A stretch of 64,000 nt of DNA from Candidatus Thorarchaeota archaeon (GCA_029855935.1 JAGSHN010000031.1:64001-128000); one strand, 5' to 3'; counted from the stretch's first letter, positions 35,442 through 45,428 are shown. Notes: a model not told the origin generated them from the letters alone. Translations and numbers: made by a program.

Positions 35442-36260
35442 CTATTGCCCAGCAGTGATACGTCTATACACGGAGTCCATCACGCGTCGCGCAAACTCTT
35501 GGTCGTCCTTGAATGCCCAGGGAATGGAAAAGAACTCCTTGCGAGCCTGCTCAATGGCCTCCCTGTCTCTGTTGATGAGTGCCTTGAACACAAGCTTGGT
35601 CCAGTTGAAGCACGGATGCCTATGGAACTCCTCTATGAAACCCGATGTCCCGGCCACGCGCTTCAGATACTCAACACCGTCTTTCGGGCGGCCAAGCATA
35701 AGGTCCGATAGAGCGCCGAGGCACGCAAAGACCACGGCATTCTTCACGATGCCAGACGATATGTATTTCTCAGCCCCCTCCTTGTACTCTTGGGCCTTCT
35801 TCGCATAGAGCTGGCGCCCGTCTAGAATGTGTATGTCAGTGGGGATCTCCTCCCGCTCAACACGCTTGAGTCCGCCGCCACTCAGGATTGCGGCCTTCAA
35901 CTCCGCCTGCATCATTCGCATGTCCGCATCCTTCTGGAGCGCCCTAGCCGTATCGACTATTCTTCGACCCGCATCAACGAGTCGGGCCTTGATTGTGGGG
36001 TCGACCAGAGCGGGATCATTGCGGGCCACGCCGTTCTCGTAGACAGTACGAGCATATCTGAACAGCTCGTAGGCACGTGTTGTCAGGTTCTTCTCAAGTG
36101 CAAACTCCACGCCTTCAAGTATTGCAAGGATGGCGTTGTCGGTCTCACCCAAGTTCTCAAACTGTGTTGCCGCCTCAATGAGCCAGAGGAGCGAGTCTGT
36201 GCTCTCAGCCTTGATGAGCCCCTGACCCTTCGCTAGGGAACTGTAGGCGTCAATACACAT
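35442..36260 (-). CDS. All-helical TPR-like protein resembling SNAP (NSF attachment protein)
   Basis: 272 aa of helical hairpins; C-terminus GALSDL...F...PCF...KAL..RD.EA...KEFFSI resembles the alpha-SNAP C-terminal bundle. Confidence 0.5.
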   Translation of the reverse strand: MCIDAYSSLAKGQGLIKAESTDSLLWLIEAATQFENLGETDNAILAILEGVEFALEKNLTTRAYELFRYARTVYENGVARNDPALVDPTIKARLVDAGRRIVDTARALQKDADMRMMQAELKAAILSGGGLKRVEREEIPTDIHILDGRQLYAKKAQEYKEGAEKYISSGIVKNAVVFACLGALSDLMLGRPKDGVEYLKRVAGTSGFIEEFHRHPCFNWTKLVFKALINRDREAIEQARKEFFSIPWAFKDDQEFARRVMDSVYRRITAGQ

Positions 36261-36492
36261 CACTGAACGATCTGTCTTTGTGCACTTGGCAGCAACCTCT
36301 CCCTTGGGCAGTGCCACATTTCTCAGGCCGCAAGAGTACTGTGAACCGCTGACTCTAAGCCAAGAACAATACTCTTGTGACTCCAACGGGCCAACACCAA
36401 CTGAAGCGTGTGAACATCGCCTAATAAACAAATTCAGCTGTACCGACAATCTTAACTTAGCAGAATAGAGCGTCGACCGCGGGGTCGACACA

Positions 36493-36888
36493 ATGGACGA
36501 TGACGACGCGGAGCTCGCATCAATCCGGCGAAAGAAGATGCTACAGCTTATGGAGAGAGAGAAGCGGCTCCGAGAACAGCAAGAACGCGAACAGAAGACC
36601 AAGGAAGAGAGAACGAAGCTGCTCCAGAGGTTTCTCGCACCAGACGCACAGGCGTATCTGAGCTCCCTGAGAGAGAGAGAGCCGACTGTTGCAAAGAGAA
36701 TAGAGGATGTGTTCCTTTATCTGATAGTCTACCGTGGACTCAGACAGATATTCAGCCAGATTGACGTGATGTACGTAGAGCGCCGAATAAAGGGCGAGGG
36801 GCCACGCATTCGTGTCCAGCGCGATGGTGAGATCTCAGACTTTAGTTCCTACGTGAGAGAGGCCCTACAGAAAGACTCTGACAAGTAG
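36493..36888 (+). CDS. PDCD5-related dsDNA-binding protein
   Basis: DAELASIRRKKM.QL...LLQRFLAPDA...L..L....P..AKRIE. Confidence 0.8.
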   Translation: MDDDDAELASIRRKKMLQLMEREKRLREQQEREQKTKEERTKLLQRFLAPDAQAYLSSLREREPTVAKRIEDVFLYLIVYRGLRQIFSQIDVMYVERRIKGEGPRIRVQRDGEISDFSSYVREALQKDSDK

Positions 36889-36907
36889 TGCAGTCTTCCG
36901 CCTACGC

Positions 36908-37813
36908 TCACTGAAGAGCAGCCGCCCTAGATTTCCACTCCTTGATCTTGTATCTGAGGTCCTCCGTACTGCCCGGTGAGGACTTCCAAGAACTCGCCGT
37001 CCGCCGCATCTGAAATATCAGGGCGCCGCCCCGTGCCATCTTCTGCTCAAGGAGGTCAACTGCGGTCTCTAGTGCGCGTGCGACGCTCTCCGAATCATCG
37101 GTCCGAGAGACTATCTTCTCCAGGTCGTCGAATATCTCCTCAGGAGAGGCAGCCTGCCATCGCTCTGTTGGCACCTGCGCCTCTCGGTACTTCTTGGCCA
37201 ACTGCACCACATCGCCAGGGGCCATCTCCAGCTCACCCTCTGCAACAAGACGCTCGACGGTTTCCCTGACGGCAGACTTGTCAGATACAAGGAGAGCAGC
37301 AAGGTCGTCCAGTTTCATCTTGTGATGACGCATCACGTGGACGAGGACTCTGTGCTTGCTGTCACCGGCCTCTGCCAAGACGCTCTTCAGAACATCAACT
37401 GCCCCCTCGGTGCCAAGTATCACGGCCATGGCAGCCGCCGACAGGCGGGACAGGTTTCCTTCGAGAAGACGCAGTTTTGCATTCGCTAGGTCGAGCTGCT
37501 CCCGGAGCTGTTTCGAGTCCTCGCGTGCTACCGGGACCGCAGCCTCAGCGGTGACCCCACCCTGCTGGGACTCCCTCATCGCAGCACCCATTGCACGCAT
37601 AGCATTCTGGCTCCGCTTGAGCTCGTCCTTCAGACGGAGAATCTCTTCCTCTCGCTCTCTCAGCTGGGCTTCCAGCTCCTCTACTCGTTGGGACAACTGA
37701 GTGGCCCGTCGTACGCTACCGCTGAGCTGAGCCTGAAGGACTTCAAGTCGTTGGTTCAGCGCGGCAATCTGCATTGTCTTCTCACGAAGCCTTGTGTTGA
37801 TCTCGTCAGACAC
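36908..37813 (-). CDS. Coiled-coil plus winged-helix hypothetical protein
   Basis: Long N-terminal heptads; KMKLDDLAALL...VRETVERLVAEGEL wHTH; helical C-terminus; GTG start at 37813. Confidence 0.65.
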   Translation of the reverse strand: MSDEINTRLREKTMQIAALNQRLEVLQAQLSGSVRRATQLSQRVEELEAQLREREEEILRLKDELKRSQNAMRAMGAAMRESQQGGVTAEAAVPVAREDSKQLREQLDLANAKLRLLEGNLSRLSAAAMAVILGTEGAVDVLKSVLAEAGDSKHRVLVHVMRHHKMKLDDLAALLVSDKSAVRETVERLVAEGELEMAPGDVVQLAKKYREAQVPTERWQAASPEEIFDDLEKIVSRTDDSESVARALETAVDLLEQKMARGGALIFQMRRTASSWKSSPGSTEDLRYKIKEWKSRAAALQ

Positions 37814-37892
37814 TGTGCACCACCGGTGAATTGTCATATAGCGAGTAGTAAAAAGGGAATTGTGTACCTCCCACCGGGTCGGAGAGAGATAG

Positions 37893-38648
37893 ATGTTGCG
37901 ACTATTCGACGCTCACACCCATCTCGATATGCAGCACTACAAGAACGACTTGGACCACGTGGTACAACGCGCCAGAGATGCCGGTGTCGAGGGGATGGTC
38001 AGTTCTTCGATAGGCCCCGGGTCATTCCGCCGGACACTTGGAATCGTGAAGAAGTATCAGGGCATTGTGTTTCACACAGCTGGCTGTTCTGTCTCGCAGC
38101 TCACAAGAGATGAGGCAGACCGAATCATCGCCCTTGCAAGGAGGTACGCCTCGCAACTTGTGGCCATCGGTGAGGTCGGGCTCGACTACTATTGGGTGAA
38201 AGATCCCGCAGGAAGGCGCGCTCAGGAGCCGCTGTTCCTCGACTTCATCAGGCTGGCGGAAGAACTAGGTCTCCCGCTTGTCATCCACTCACGTAGGGCG
38301 GAGGCTGAGGCTGTCACAATCCTTGAGAGAGAGTTCAACGGCGATGTGTTGATGCACTGTTTCGACGGTAAGCCAGATGTCGTAAGACGAGTGGCCGAGA
38401 ACGGGTGGTATATCACCCTACCTGCCAACTTCGGTCGGTACAGGAACAGGATAAGAGCGGCACAGACACTCCCCCTCGAACAGATCATGCTTGAAACAGA
38501 TGGGCCGTATCTGTCGCCAACCGGAGAGAGAAACGAACCAGCGAACGTGAGGTATGGGTGCGAGTCTCTCGCCGAGCTTCTTGGGATGGACGCTGAGGTC
38601 GTCGCAGAGACCACAACAAGAAACGCACGGCGCTTCTACCGGGTCTAG
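37893..38648 (+). CDS. tatD: TatD family nuclease/hydrolase
   Basis: DAHTH, AIGEVGLDY, IHSR, HCF, ETDGPYL, NEP. Confidence 0.95.
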   Translation: MLRLFDAHTHLDMQHYKNDLDHVVQRARDAGVEGMVSSSIGPGSFRRTLGIVKKYQGIVFHTAGCSVSQLTRDEADRIIALARRYASQLVAIGEVGLDYYWVKDPAGRRAQEPLFLDFIRLAEELGLPLVIHSRRAEAEAVTILEREFNGDVLMHCFDGKPDVVRRVAENGWYITLPANFGRYRNRIRAAQTLPLEQIMLETDGPYLSPTGERNEPANVRYGCESLAELLGMDAEVVAETTTRNARRFYRV

Positions 38649-38729
38649 GTGTTCCGAGTACCGAAACGGCTCTGACCGATAGCGAGAAAAGATATCGTGA
38701 GTCGTATTGAACAGAGCTGTGTGTTGAGT

Positions 38730-39521
38730 ATGTACGTGAGAAAGTTCATCGATCCCGACCCCAGCACACTCAATGACCCGGTGGCGGTCGTCGGGCTCCC
38801 GGGGATAGCAAATGTCGGGCGAATCGCGGTCGAGACACTGATTGCTGAGTTGAATGCAGAGTTGTTGCTCTATCTCTTCAGTGACGAGTTTCCACCACGC
38901 GTACTGGTCAGAGGGGGCATCTCTGAGATTCCGAAATCGGCGCTCTACCTGTACAGAGCCGCTCCAGACGAGCCGCACGACCTGCTTCTCCTGACAGGCG
39001 ACTATCAGCCTGAAACAAGCAGGGGAGTCTTCGAGTATTCCGACTTCATCATTCAGAAGCTGGCAGGTCTAAATGTCAAGACCGTCATTGCTCTCGCGGC
39101 CTATGAGCAGGACTACCACACATTTCTCAACTCCTATCCTGCAGCGCCCCGTGTCTACGCCTCCGCAAGCTGTGAGGAGCTGCTCGGACGAATGTCGGCT
39201 GCAGACGGTGTCGTATCTATGACGCAGGGAGTTATCAACGGCGCGAATGGATTCATTCCTGGCTGGGCCGCAACTATGTATGATATGGAGGGCGGTTGCC
39301 TACTTGGCGAGACAATGGGTGTCATCAAGGCAGACTACCGTGCCGCAATGCGGGTCCTTGAGGTGTTCTCATCGGTTGTCGGCGTGCAAGTTGACCTCAG
39401 TGGGATGGACGACCACGTTCACAGGGTGGAAGAGTTCATAGAATGGGCAAAGAAGGAGATTCTTGAACGGCAGGAGAGCCAAGAGGAGGACGAGTCCGCG
39501 CGCGACCGCTACATCGGCTGA
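38730..39521 (+). CDS. PAC2-family proteasome assembly chaperone (PbaA/B-like)
   Basis: GLPGIANVG, FPP.V, TGD.QP, I.GANG, CLLGET, D..AA; C-terminal YIG. Confidence 0.9.
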   Translation: MYVRKFIDPDPSTLNDPVAVVGLPGIANVGRIAVETLIAELNAELLLYLFSDEFPPRVLVRGGISEIPKSALYLYRAAPDEPHDLLLLTGDYQPETSRGVFEYSDFIIQKLAGLNVKTVIALAAYEQDYHTFLNSYPAAPRVYASASCEELLGRMSAADGVVSMTQGVINGANGFIPGWAATMYDMEGGCLLGETMGVIKADYRAAMRVLEVFSSVVGVQVDLSGMDDHVHRVEEFIEWAKKEILERQESQEEDESARDRYIG

Positions 39522-39526
39522 GATCG

Positions 39527-39718
39527 TCACTCCACAAGTTCCGGCGCAAGGATATCGGTGATATGCGCCTCACTGTCGAGGTTGATGTAGAAGTAGTGGT
39601 CTTTGTGCTTGACCTTGACGGTGACTGGAAATCTTGATGCGCCCTCAACGACATGTGGGGGCACACGCAATATGGTCTTGTTACCACACACTGGGCATTT
39701 GGCATATCGCTCGAACAA
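39527..39718 (-). CDS. Small zinc-binding protein (CxxC...HxxH)
   Basis: CPVCG...FPVTVKVKHKDHYFYINLDS; TTG start with a GAGGA SD. Confidence 0.7.
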   Translation of the reverse strand: MFERYAKCPVCGNKTILRVPPHVVEGASRFPVTVKVKHKDHYFYINLDSEAHITDILAPELVE

Positions 39719-39746
39719 CGGTACATTCCTCTATACAATCTTTCAA

Positions 39747-40130
39747 TCACGGGGATACGAGTCTGGAGTCTGTCGACAGAACAATGACGGTCTGGAAACG
39801 TTCAGGGTCCTGAAGGGCCTCAGTAAAGAGCCTGATTATCTCTTCAGCGGAACGGCCCGCGATATCCTCCGATCCAGTGGCCACAATTCTGATGTTCTCA
39901 TAGACTCCCGTCTGCGCAAGCAGCGAGAAGGAAACACCATCCGCACTCGTCGCCCTCACCACAACGTATCTTGCAAAGTCCTGAAACTCATTCTTCGGGC
40001 CCCGGAGACTACCGTTCACCCTCTTGACGCGTCCCGAGGAGAGAGCGGTGTCGAGCAGGTAGGCACGGAGCACCTGATTCCCGACCTTTCTGCGTATGTC
40101 GATGAACTCCTCTACGGAACCGTCACTCAT
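39747..40130 (-). CDS. Hypothetical alpha/beta protein
   Basis: 127 aa; GGTGGAGG SD before the ATG at 40130; co-oriented with the Zn-finger gene. Confidence 0.65.
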   Translation of the reverse strand: MSDGSVEEFIDIRRKVGNQVLRAYLLDTALSSGRVKRVNGSLRGPKNEFQDFARYVVVRATSADGVSFSLLAQTGVYENIRIVATGSEDIAGRSAEEIIRLFTEALQDPERFQTVIVLSTDSRLVSP

Positions 40131-40412
40131 TCGAAGCCTCCACCTGGGGCCACTGGTCACAGGACATCACCCTTACGTGGAACTCTCGCAGGGCGTACAT
40201 ATAGGGATTTTCGGGACGTAGGGTCGTGAGAAACGCGATGACACGACCGTGTCTCATAGGTGGTCGCCACAAGGAGCTGTGCGATCTGCACCCGGCCAGA
40301 TCAACGTGTCCCGAGGTTAGTACTCCTTATGGAGCGGACCTGTTACCCAGAATATCTTTATTTGGCCGTTGTATACTGTGATGAGATAGCCAGCTGTATC
40401 GGAGTGAAGGCA

Positions 40413-41126
40413 ATGCTGCAGACCGTTGACATGGCAATCCGTGAGATTCACATCGGCCTATGGTTCTTGGTCGTTGGGTACTACTTCTTCCTGTTCCTGT
40501 TCCTTCTCTTTTTCAGATGGAGAAAGTCCAAGAACCCGTTCCAGCTGGCAATGGCCCTGTTCTTCCTCCTCCTTGCCGTAGGGAGAGCATTCTACTTTGT
40601 CGGTGACTTCTACGCCGATTCACGGTCGCTGTACGGTGACCTGTCCAATATGGTTGGTGTGTTTCTGCCGGACCTTCAGCCGTGGCTTCAGGCAGGTGCG
40701 TTCTTCCAGTGGATGGCGCTGGCCATCCTATCAGCAACAGCCGGCTTCATGATCTTTGGACAGAGATGGGCAGAGATCATCTTTGCGGCACCGGCCATCA
40801 TCATCGGCATAGCGCTTGGGGTCGTGCCGATGGACAATTCCACACGATTTCTGATCTCCGGCACTGCTGGCCCAATCTATGCCCTGTTTATTCCCTTGCT
40901 GTTCTGGTACCTTGCATACCAGTCAGGAGGGATACTGAGAAGGTCCAATTTTGTCCTCGGGACGGGCTTCTTCGTCCTCTTTGCAGGCCGAGTTGTCCAC
41001 GCTGGCAGGTTCTGGCTATCCGACAACATGTTTGGGACCCTGACCATCCCCGGCATCCTCGCACCCGGTCTCATTGTCATAGGGCTCATCCTGATTGCCA
41101 TTGGCAATGAGTGGGGTCAACAGTAG
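40413..41126 (+). CDS. Seven-TM membrane protein (stand-alone sensor-like)
   Basis: Seven hydrophobic segments in 237 aa and no soluble output domain. Confidence 0.7.
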   Translation: MLQTVDMAIREIHIGLWFLVVGYYFFLFLFLLFFRWRKSKNPFQLAMALFFLLLAVGRAFYFVGDFYADSRSLYGDLSNMVGVFLPDLQPWLQAGAFFQWMALAILSATAGFMIFGQRWAEIIFAAPAIIIGIALGVVPMDNSTRFLISGTAGPIYALFIPLLFWYLAYQSGGILRRSNFVLGTGFFVLFAGRVVHAGRFWLSDNMFGTLTIPGILAPGLIVIGLILIAIGNEWGQQ

Positions 41127-41265
41127 GGAGCAGACGTCAGGCAGGCCTGCAAGAGGGAGCAGCTCATCGCTCCCTACATCTGTCAGAAGGAGTGATGACC
41201 ACGTCAGATCAGACCATCTACTAGCGACTACGGGCCTACGCAGAGAGTAATGTCTCTCCAGCCAC

Positions 41266-41880
41266 TCACTCACCAAGCTCTTTCCACTGGAGTATCTTCA
41301 TGTCCTCGAGAGTGTGTAGAGCCTTCTGGACATCCTTGAGGTGCATCCCGAGCTGGTCGGCAATCGCTCGGGCAGTCAGGTTGCCCTTGCACATCTTCGC
41401 AACATCGTAGGTTTCCTGGTCCATCTGCCCGAGACGGACGAGCATGGGAGAGACCTTTCCCTTCAGGACAGGTACCAGGACTTTCTTCTCGGAGGCCTTG
41501 CCATCCTTCGTAATCTCGTCAATGGTCCTGCGGAACTCCTCGAATGGCTCAAGATTGCCATCCCAGTCCTGGAGGATCTCGGCATACTTCTTGACGAAGG
41601 CATTATTCACATCCGCAAGGATGGCCATTGCTGTGTTGGTGTCATCAATCTTATCGATTATGCCGGCCACAATGACGTTGTCCTTCAAGGAGAGACAGAT
41701 GTCGAACGCCCCGAAATCGATGACGTGAACGCGGTTGCCGGAACTGAGTTCGCGACCGAATTGGATGAGCGCTGTCAAGAAGCCGCTGATGAGGTTCGGA
41801 TCGATGTCAGCCTCGCCATATTTCCTGTCAAGCACGCACAGCCCGCTGTCCGCGATGAGAACGTAGATTGCCTGTATCAA
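41266..41880 (-). CDS. Longin-domain protein with C-terminal winged helix
   Basis: MIQAIYVL..SGLC, DPNLISGFLTAL..F..E, F...Y...L..WDG....FEEF (longin); LTARAIADQLGM....VQKALHTLE (wHTH). Confidence 0.85.
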   Translation of the reverse strand: MIQAIYVLIADSGLCVLDRKYGEADIDPNLISGFLTALIQFGRELSSGNRVHVIDFGAFDICLSLKDNVIVAGIIDKIDDTNTAMAILADVNNAFVKKYAEILQDWDGNLEPFEEFRRTIDEITKDGKASEKKVLVPVLKGKVSPMLVRLGQMDQETYDVAKMCKGNLTARAIADQLGMHLKDVQKALHTLEDMKILQWKELGE

Positions 41881-42008
41881 CTCATAGTCTCTCCCGACTG
41901 TGGTCTCTAGGCTGTAGTCATCATTGCTTTATATCAATTCTCGTGGTCTCTCCCGGAGGCGATAGACCTTTCTGTGGATAGATACTGCCACGGCGTGGTG
42001 AGAATCTC

Positions 42009-42704
42009 GTGGACACGGCCAAAGACGCTCGCATTCTCCTTGTCGAAGATGCGCTCAATCGAATGCTCGCAGTTGTCAAGCAGCGGCGTCTGAAGACCTA
42101 CCTAGACTATGCTGCTCTGGCAGCCGCACTCAATGACGCACATGGCGCCCTCTACGAGGTCAAGTATTCCTATGCCGATGCGGAGCAGGTCTTGAATCTA
42201 CCAGCCACAACACGTGTCGTGGCCGCGGCAGAGGCCGTCGCCAAAGCAGTAGGCGATGCTATGAACTCGGGCTACAAGCCGGGCAGTACTGGTGAGAAAC
42301 TGGCCTTGGCAGAGCTGAACTATGGAACAAGAATCATCACGGGCTTTCCAAGACGTCTGAGAAACGGTAGTGACGATCCTGGGATGGCCACCGACATAAT
42401 TGCTGTCGAGACCACACAGGTGTCCGAGGTGAAGGGGTCCGAGAATCTGCTCGAGTGCAGATGCACAGACGGCTCCCGGATATGGACCGTTGTGACAAAC
42501 ATCAGAGAGGTGAGACCCAATATGACCCTTGCTGCAGCTGTATTGCCGCCTGCAGAGTTTATGGGAGTCATTAGTGAGGCGATGTTCCTGAGCAAGAATG
42601 TCCTCCCGGAGGGGACAGCCCTGGGAGTCATCGAGCAACCCACGCCGGACATTCTGAAACAGGCTCGCGCACAGGTCCTTGCCATAGTAAAGAGGCTGAT
42701 GTAG
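42009..42704 (+). CDS. tRNA-binding OB-fold protein (Trbp/EMAP-like C-terminal domain, COG2517-like)
   Basis: VVTN, AVLPPAEFMGVISEAMF; KYSY in the helical N-terminus. Confidence 0.85.
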   Translation: MDTAKDARILLVEDALNRMLAVVKQRRLKTYLDYAALAAALNDAHGALYEVKYSYADAEQVLNLPATTRVVAAAEAVAKAVGDAMNSGYKPGSTGEKLALAELNYGTRIITGFPRRLRNGSDDPGMATDIIAVETTQVSEVKGSENLLECRCTDGSRIWTVVTNIREVRPNMTLAAAVLPPAEFMGVISEAMFLSKNVLPEGTALGVIEQPTPDILKQARAQVLAIVKRLM

Positions 42705-43052
42705 ATGGTGGGACTGCGAGAGATACAGCAGAGACTCAGACAGTTCGAGGAGGCACGTGGATGGAACAGATTCCCCGCATCTCAGGTCTTCACTCATCTC
42801 ATTGAGGAGCTGGGGGAGATATCACGGTATATAACGGTGGAGGAGGGCTACAAGGCCATCGGGCTGGGCCATGAGGCGCCAGACAGATCGGGACTCGCAA
42901 GAGAATTCGCCCAGGTCTTTTCCCTCTTCGTTCAGCTCGCCAACCACTTTGGGATTGATCTTGAGGCCAGTGTCCTGCGTGAGATTGAGCTGATGGAGAA
43001 GAGGTTCCCGGCGCGAGAATGGCGTGAATACATGAGCGGAGAGGAAGGGTGA
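42705..43052 (+). CDS. MazG-like nucleotide pyrophosphohydrolase
   Basis: RGW, LIEELGE, REFAQV, LANHFGIDLE, RFP. Confidence 0.88.
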   Translation: MVGLREIQQRLRQFEEARGWNRFPASQVFTHLIEELGEISRYITVEEGYKAIGLGHEAPDRSGLAREFAQVFSLFVQLANHFGIDLEASVLREIELMEKRFPAREWREYMSGEEG

Positions 43053-43089
43053 CTCGATAGCGCAGGCCACCTGAGGCCGTCTCAGCTAC

Positions 43090-43527
43090 TCATTTCATCT
43101 TCCGATGGGCGTCGAGTTCCTTCTTGGCCAGGTCCTCAAGGTCCTTTGTCGCGGCCAACAGGCCAAGTGCCCTGTTGCTCACTGCCTTGATGTTCTTTTC
43201 CTTTGCCCACTGCGCCAGACCAGTCACGAGCGGGCCGAGCGCAGTGCGAGCAGCCTCAACAGTGCCGACTGCCTTTCCAAGAAGCTCAAGGGCATTCTTG
43301 GGCTTGAGACGTGCCTCCGCCACACGCAACCAGACAAGAGCATGAATCATGTAGAGTGCATCAAGCATCAGTGTTGGTGACTTCGGGTTCTCCTGAACTT
43401 TGGCGATCAGACGATTCTTACGGGTCTCGAAGACATCCTTGAACAGGTTGTAGGCCTTCTTGTAACTACCCTTGTCGAGCTCTATGATACCCTTCTGAAG
43501 CTTCTCATCGGTCTCGGACAATCGCAC
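43090..43527 (-). CDS. Hypothetical helical-bundle protein
   Basis: 145-aa amphipathic helical ORF; GGCGGAGG SD. Confidence 0.65.
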   Translation of the reverse strand: MRLSETDEKLQKGIIELDKGSYKKAYNLFKDVFETRKNRLIAKVQENPKSPTLMLDALYMIHALVWLRVAEARLKPKNALELLGKAVGTVEAARTALGPLVTGLAQWAKEKNIKAVSNRALGLLAATKDLEDLAKKELDAHRKMK

Positions 43528-43771
43528 GCCTCCGCCAGCCGTTTAGGTATATGCGCAGTTCAAGATACCCACGACACTATTATGACTTTCTGCGCCGAAA
43601 GCCACCGAGAACCCGGGGCGACACAGGGACCATCAGCCAGTCTCGCGAGAGACCCAGCATATCGCTCTTGAACTCGGGAGTATTTAAATCACGGTACTTG
43701 AAAGTGAACAGCCACTTGGAGTGAACACGCCCAAGGCGTGTGCCACCACACTACCACACGGAGGATAGCGG

Positions 43772-45364
43772 ATGACCAAGACCACTCTCACGTTTCAGGA
43801 ACTCAAGCGGATATCGGACCGCGAGATAAGGGAGATGCAAGATCGGAAGTTCAGGGCGTTCATCAGGTATCAAGTGTGGCCCAACCACCCCTACTACAGA
43901 CATCTGTTCAAGGAGAACAACATAGACCCGTTCAATATCACCTGCATGCGAGACTGGGAGAAGTATCAGATCCCCCTTGTCCGTAAGGTCGACTACAAGG
44001 ACCACATCCGGGAGTTCGTGCTCAATCCGATGGAGGAGGACGGAAAGGAACGCGACCCTGCCAACATCGTGAAGAGTGTGATGGCCTATGCGAAGGCCTC
44101 CGGCAAGAGTGACCTGTACGCATTCCTTCGGAACAACGGTATCCGTGTGAAGCTACATATCGGCGCAGATGCGGCAATGGAACGAATCAAGGAGAGACTT
44201 GCCTATCTGTACAGCCCACTCCAGTTCTGGCTCAGTTCAGGCCGTGCCTCCGGTATGCCGGCCCCCGTATTTCTCACTCGGTACGACAATGACCTTCTGT
44301 ATCGCAACTGCGTGAAGGTGGGACAGATGGCCGTCGATCCGTGGGTGGGGACCGGATGGAAGCTTGTCAGTATGAACTTGTTTCCGTACGCACCGCATCT
44401 TGGTTGGCACGCTGTCAACATGGGCCTGAAACAGATGTCCGAGTTCTACGTGGCGACAAGCGCTGGCGGTGCAATTCCGACGCCCAAGCTCGTCGAGATT
44501 GCCAAGCTATTCAAGGTGAACGGCTTTGCAGGGATGCCCAGCTATCTCAGGAACCGCTTCTTCAGAGCGATGAAAGAGATGGACTATGAGGCCCCAGAGA
44601 AGGTGGTCGTCCTGCTGGCGGGCGAGAAGATCTATCCGCCGGTCGTGGACGACATCGTGGACACGCTGACCAGCAAGGGTGCCAAGGAGGTCCGTGTCGT
44701 CGGCGGCTATGCGTCGTCGGAGAGTAAGATCTCGTTCGCTGTGCAGTGCTCCTACGAAGGTCCATACCACAATGTCAGTCCTCTGATTCTCTCATTCGAG
44801 TTCGTCCGGGTCAATGACGATGGTTCGTGGGAGTTTGTGGACGACGACGAGCCGGGTCACGTGACGCTCTTCCATCTCGACGGCACTGGCACGGTCTTTG
44901 AGGGATTCCTGCTTGGTGACATCTCAAGTCGCCACGAGCGGGGTTGCTGCCCGATCTGCGGAATGGAGGGACCCTTCTTCTGGGACATCGGCCGACAGAA
45001 CGACGTTGAGGCCCAGATCGACATAATGGGCATCAGCGAGAAGAAGATCAAGGGGGCAACAGTCAATCTCACAGCGCTGAGGACCGACCTGTTGAGCATA
45101 GACGGCATAGAGGAGCTCCAGATAGAGATTGCAAAGGAGGACCCCAACGACCCCTACAGCATGGATGTCCTCAACATCTATGTCGCGTTGTACGGTGGGG
45201 CCGAAGGACGGAGAGACGAGATAGTCAGAGAGGTGCAGCAGGTGACTAAGAATGCTGCCGAGATCACTCCGCGCGTATTTGTCATATCCTTCGAGGAGCT
45301 GATCGAGCGAAGCGGTGGAATGAAGTTCATGGAGATCAGCGACGTCAGACCCCGCCCCGCATAG
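43772..45364 (+). CDS. Phenylacetate-CoA-ligase-like adenylate-forming enzyme
   Basis: HPYYR.LF, IPLV.K, SSG..SG.P, GMPSY, AGE, YASSE, GD, GR, KIKG. Confidence 0.85.
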   Translation: MTKTTLTFQELKRISDREIREMQDRKFRAFIRYQVWPNHPYYRHLFKENNIDPFNITCMRDWEKYQIPLVRKVDYKDHIREFVLNPMEEDGKERDPANIVKSVMAYAKASGKSDLYAFLRNNGIRVKLHIGADAAMERIKERLAYLYSPLQFWLSSGRASGMPAPVFLTRYDNDLLYRNCVKVGQMAVDPWVGTGWKLVSMNLFPYAPHLGWHAVNMGLKQMSEFYVATSAGGAIPTPKLVEIAKLFKVNGFAGMPSYLRNRFFRAMKEMDYEAPEKVVVLLAGEKIYPPVVDDIVDTLTSKGAKEVRVVGGYASSESKISFAVQCSYEGPYHNVSPLILSFEFVRVNDDGSWEFVDDDEPGHVTLFHLDGTGTVFEGFLLGDISSRHERGCCPICGMEGPFFWDIGRQNDVEAQIDIMGISEKKIKGATVNLTALRTDLLSIDGIEELQIEIAKEDPNDPYSMDVLNIYVALYGGAEGRRDEIVREVQQVTKNAAEITPRVFVISFEELIERSGGMKFMEISDVRPRPA

Positions 45365-45428
45365 TGATAGGGAATAGGGGAAAGGATATTACGCGGTCCG
45401 ACGCAGTCCAGAACTAGAGGAGTTCACA

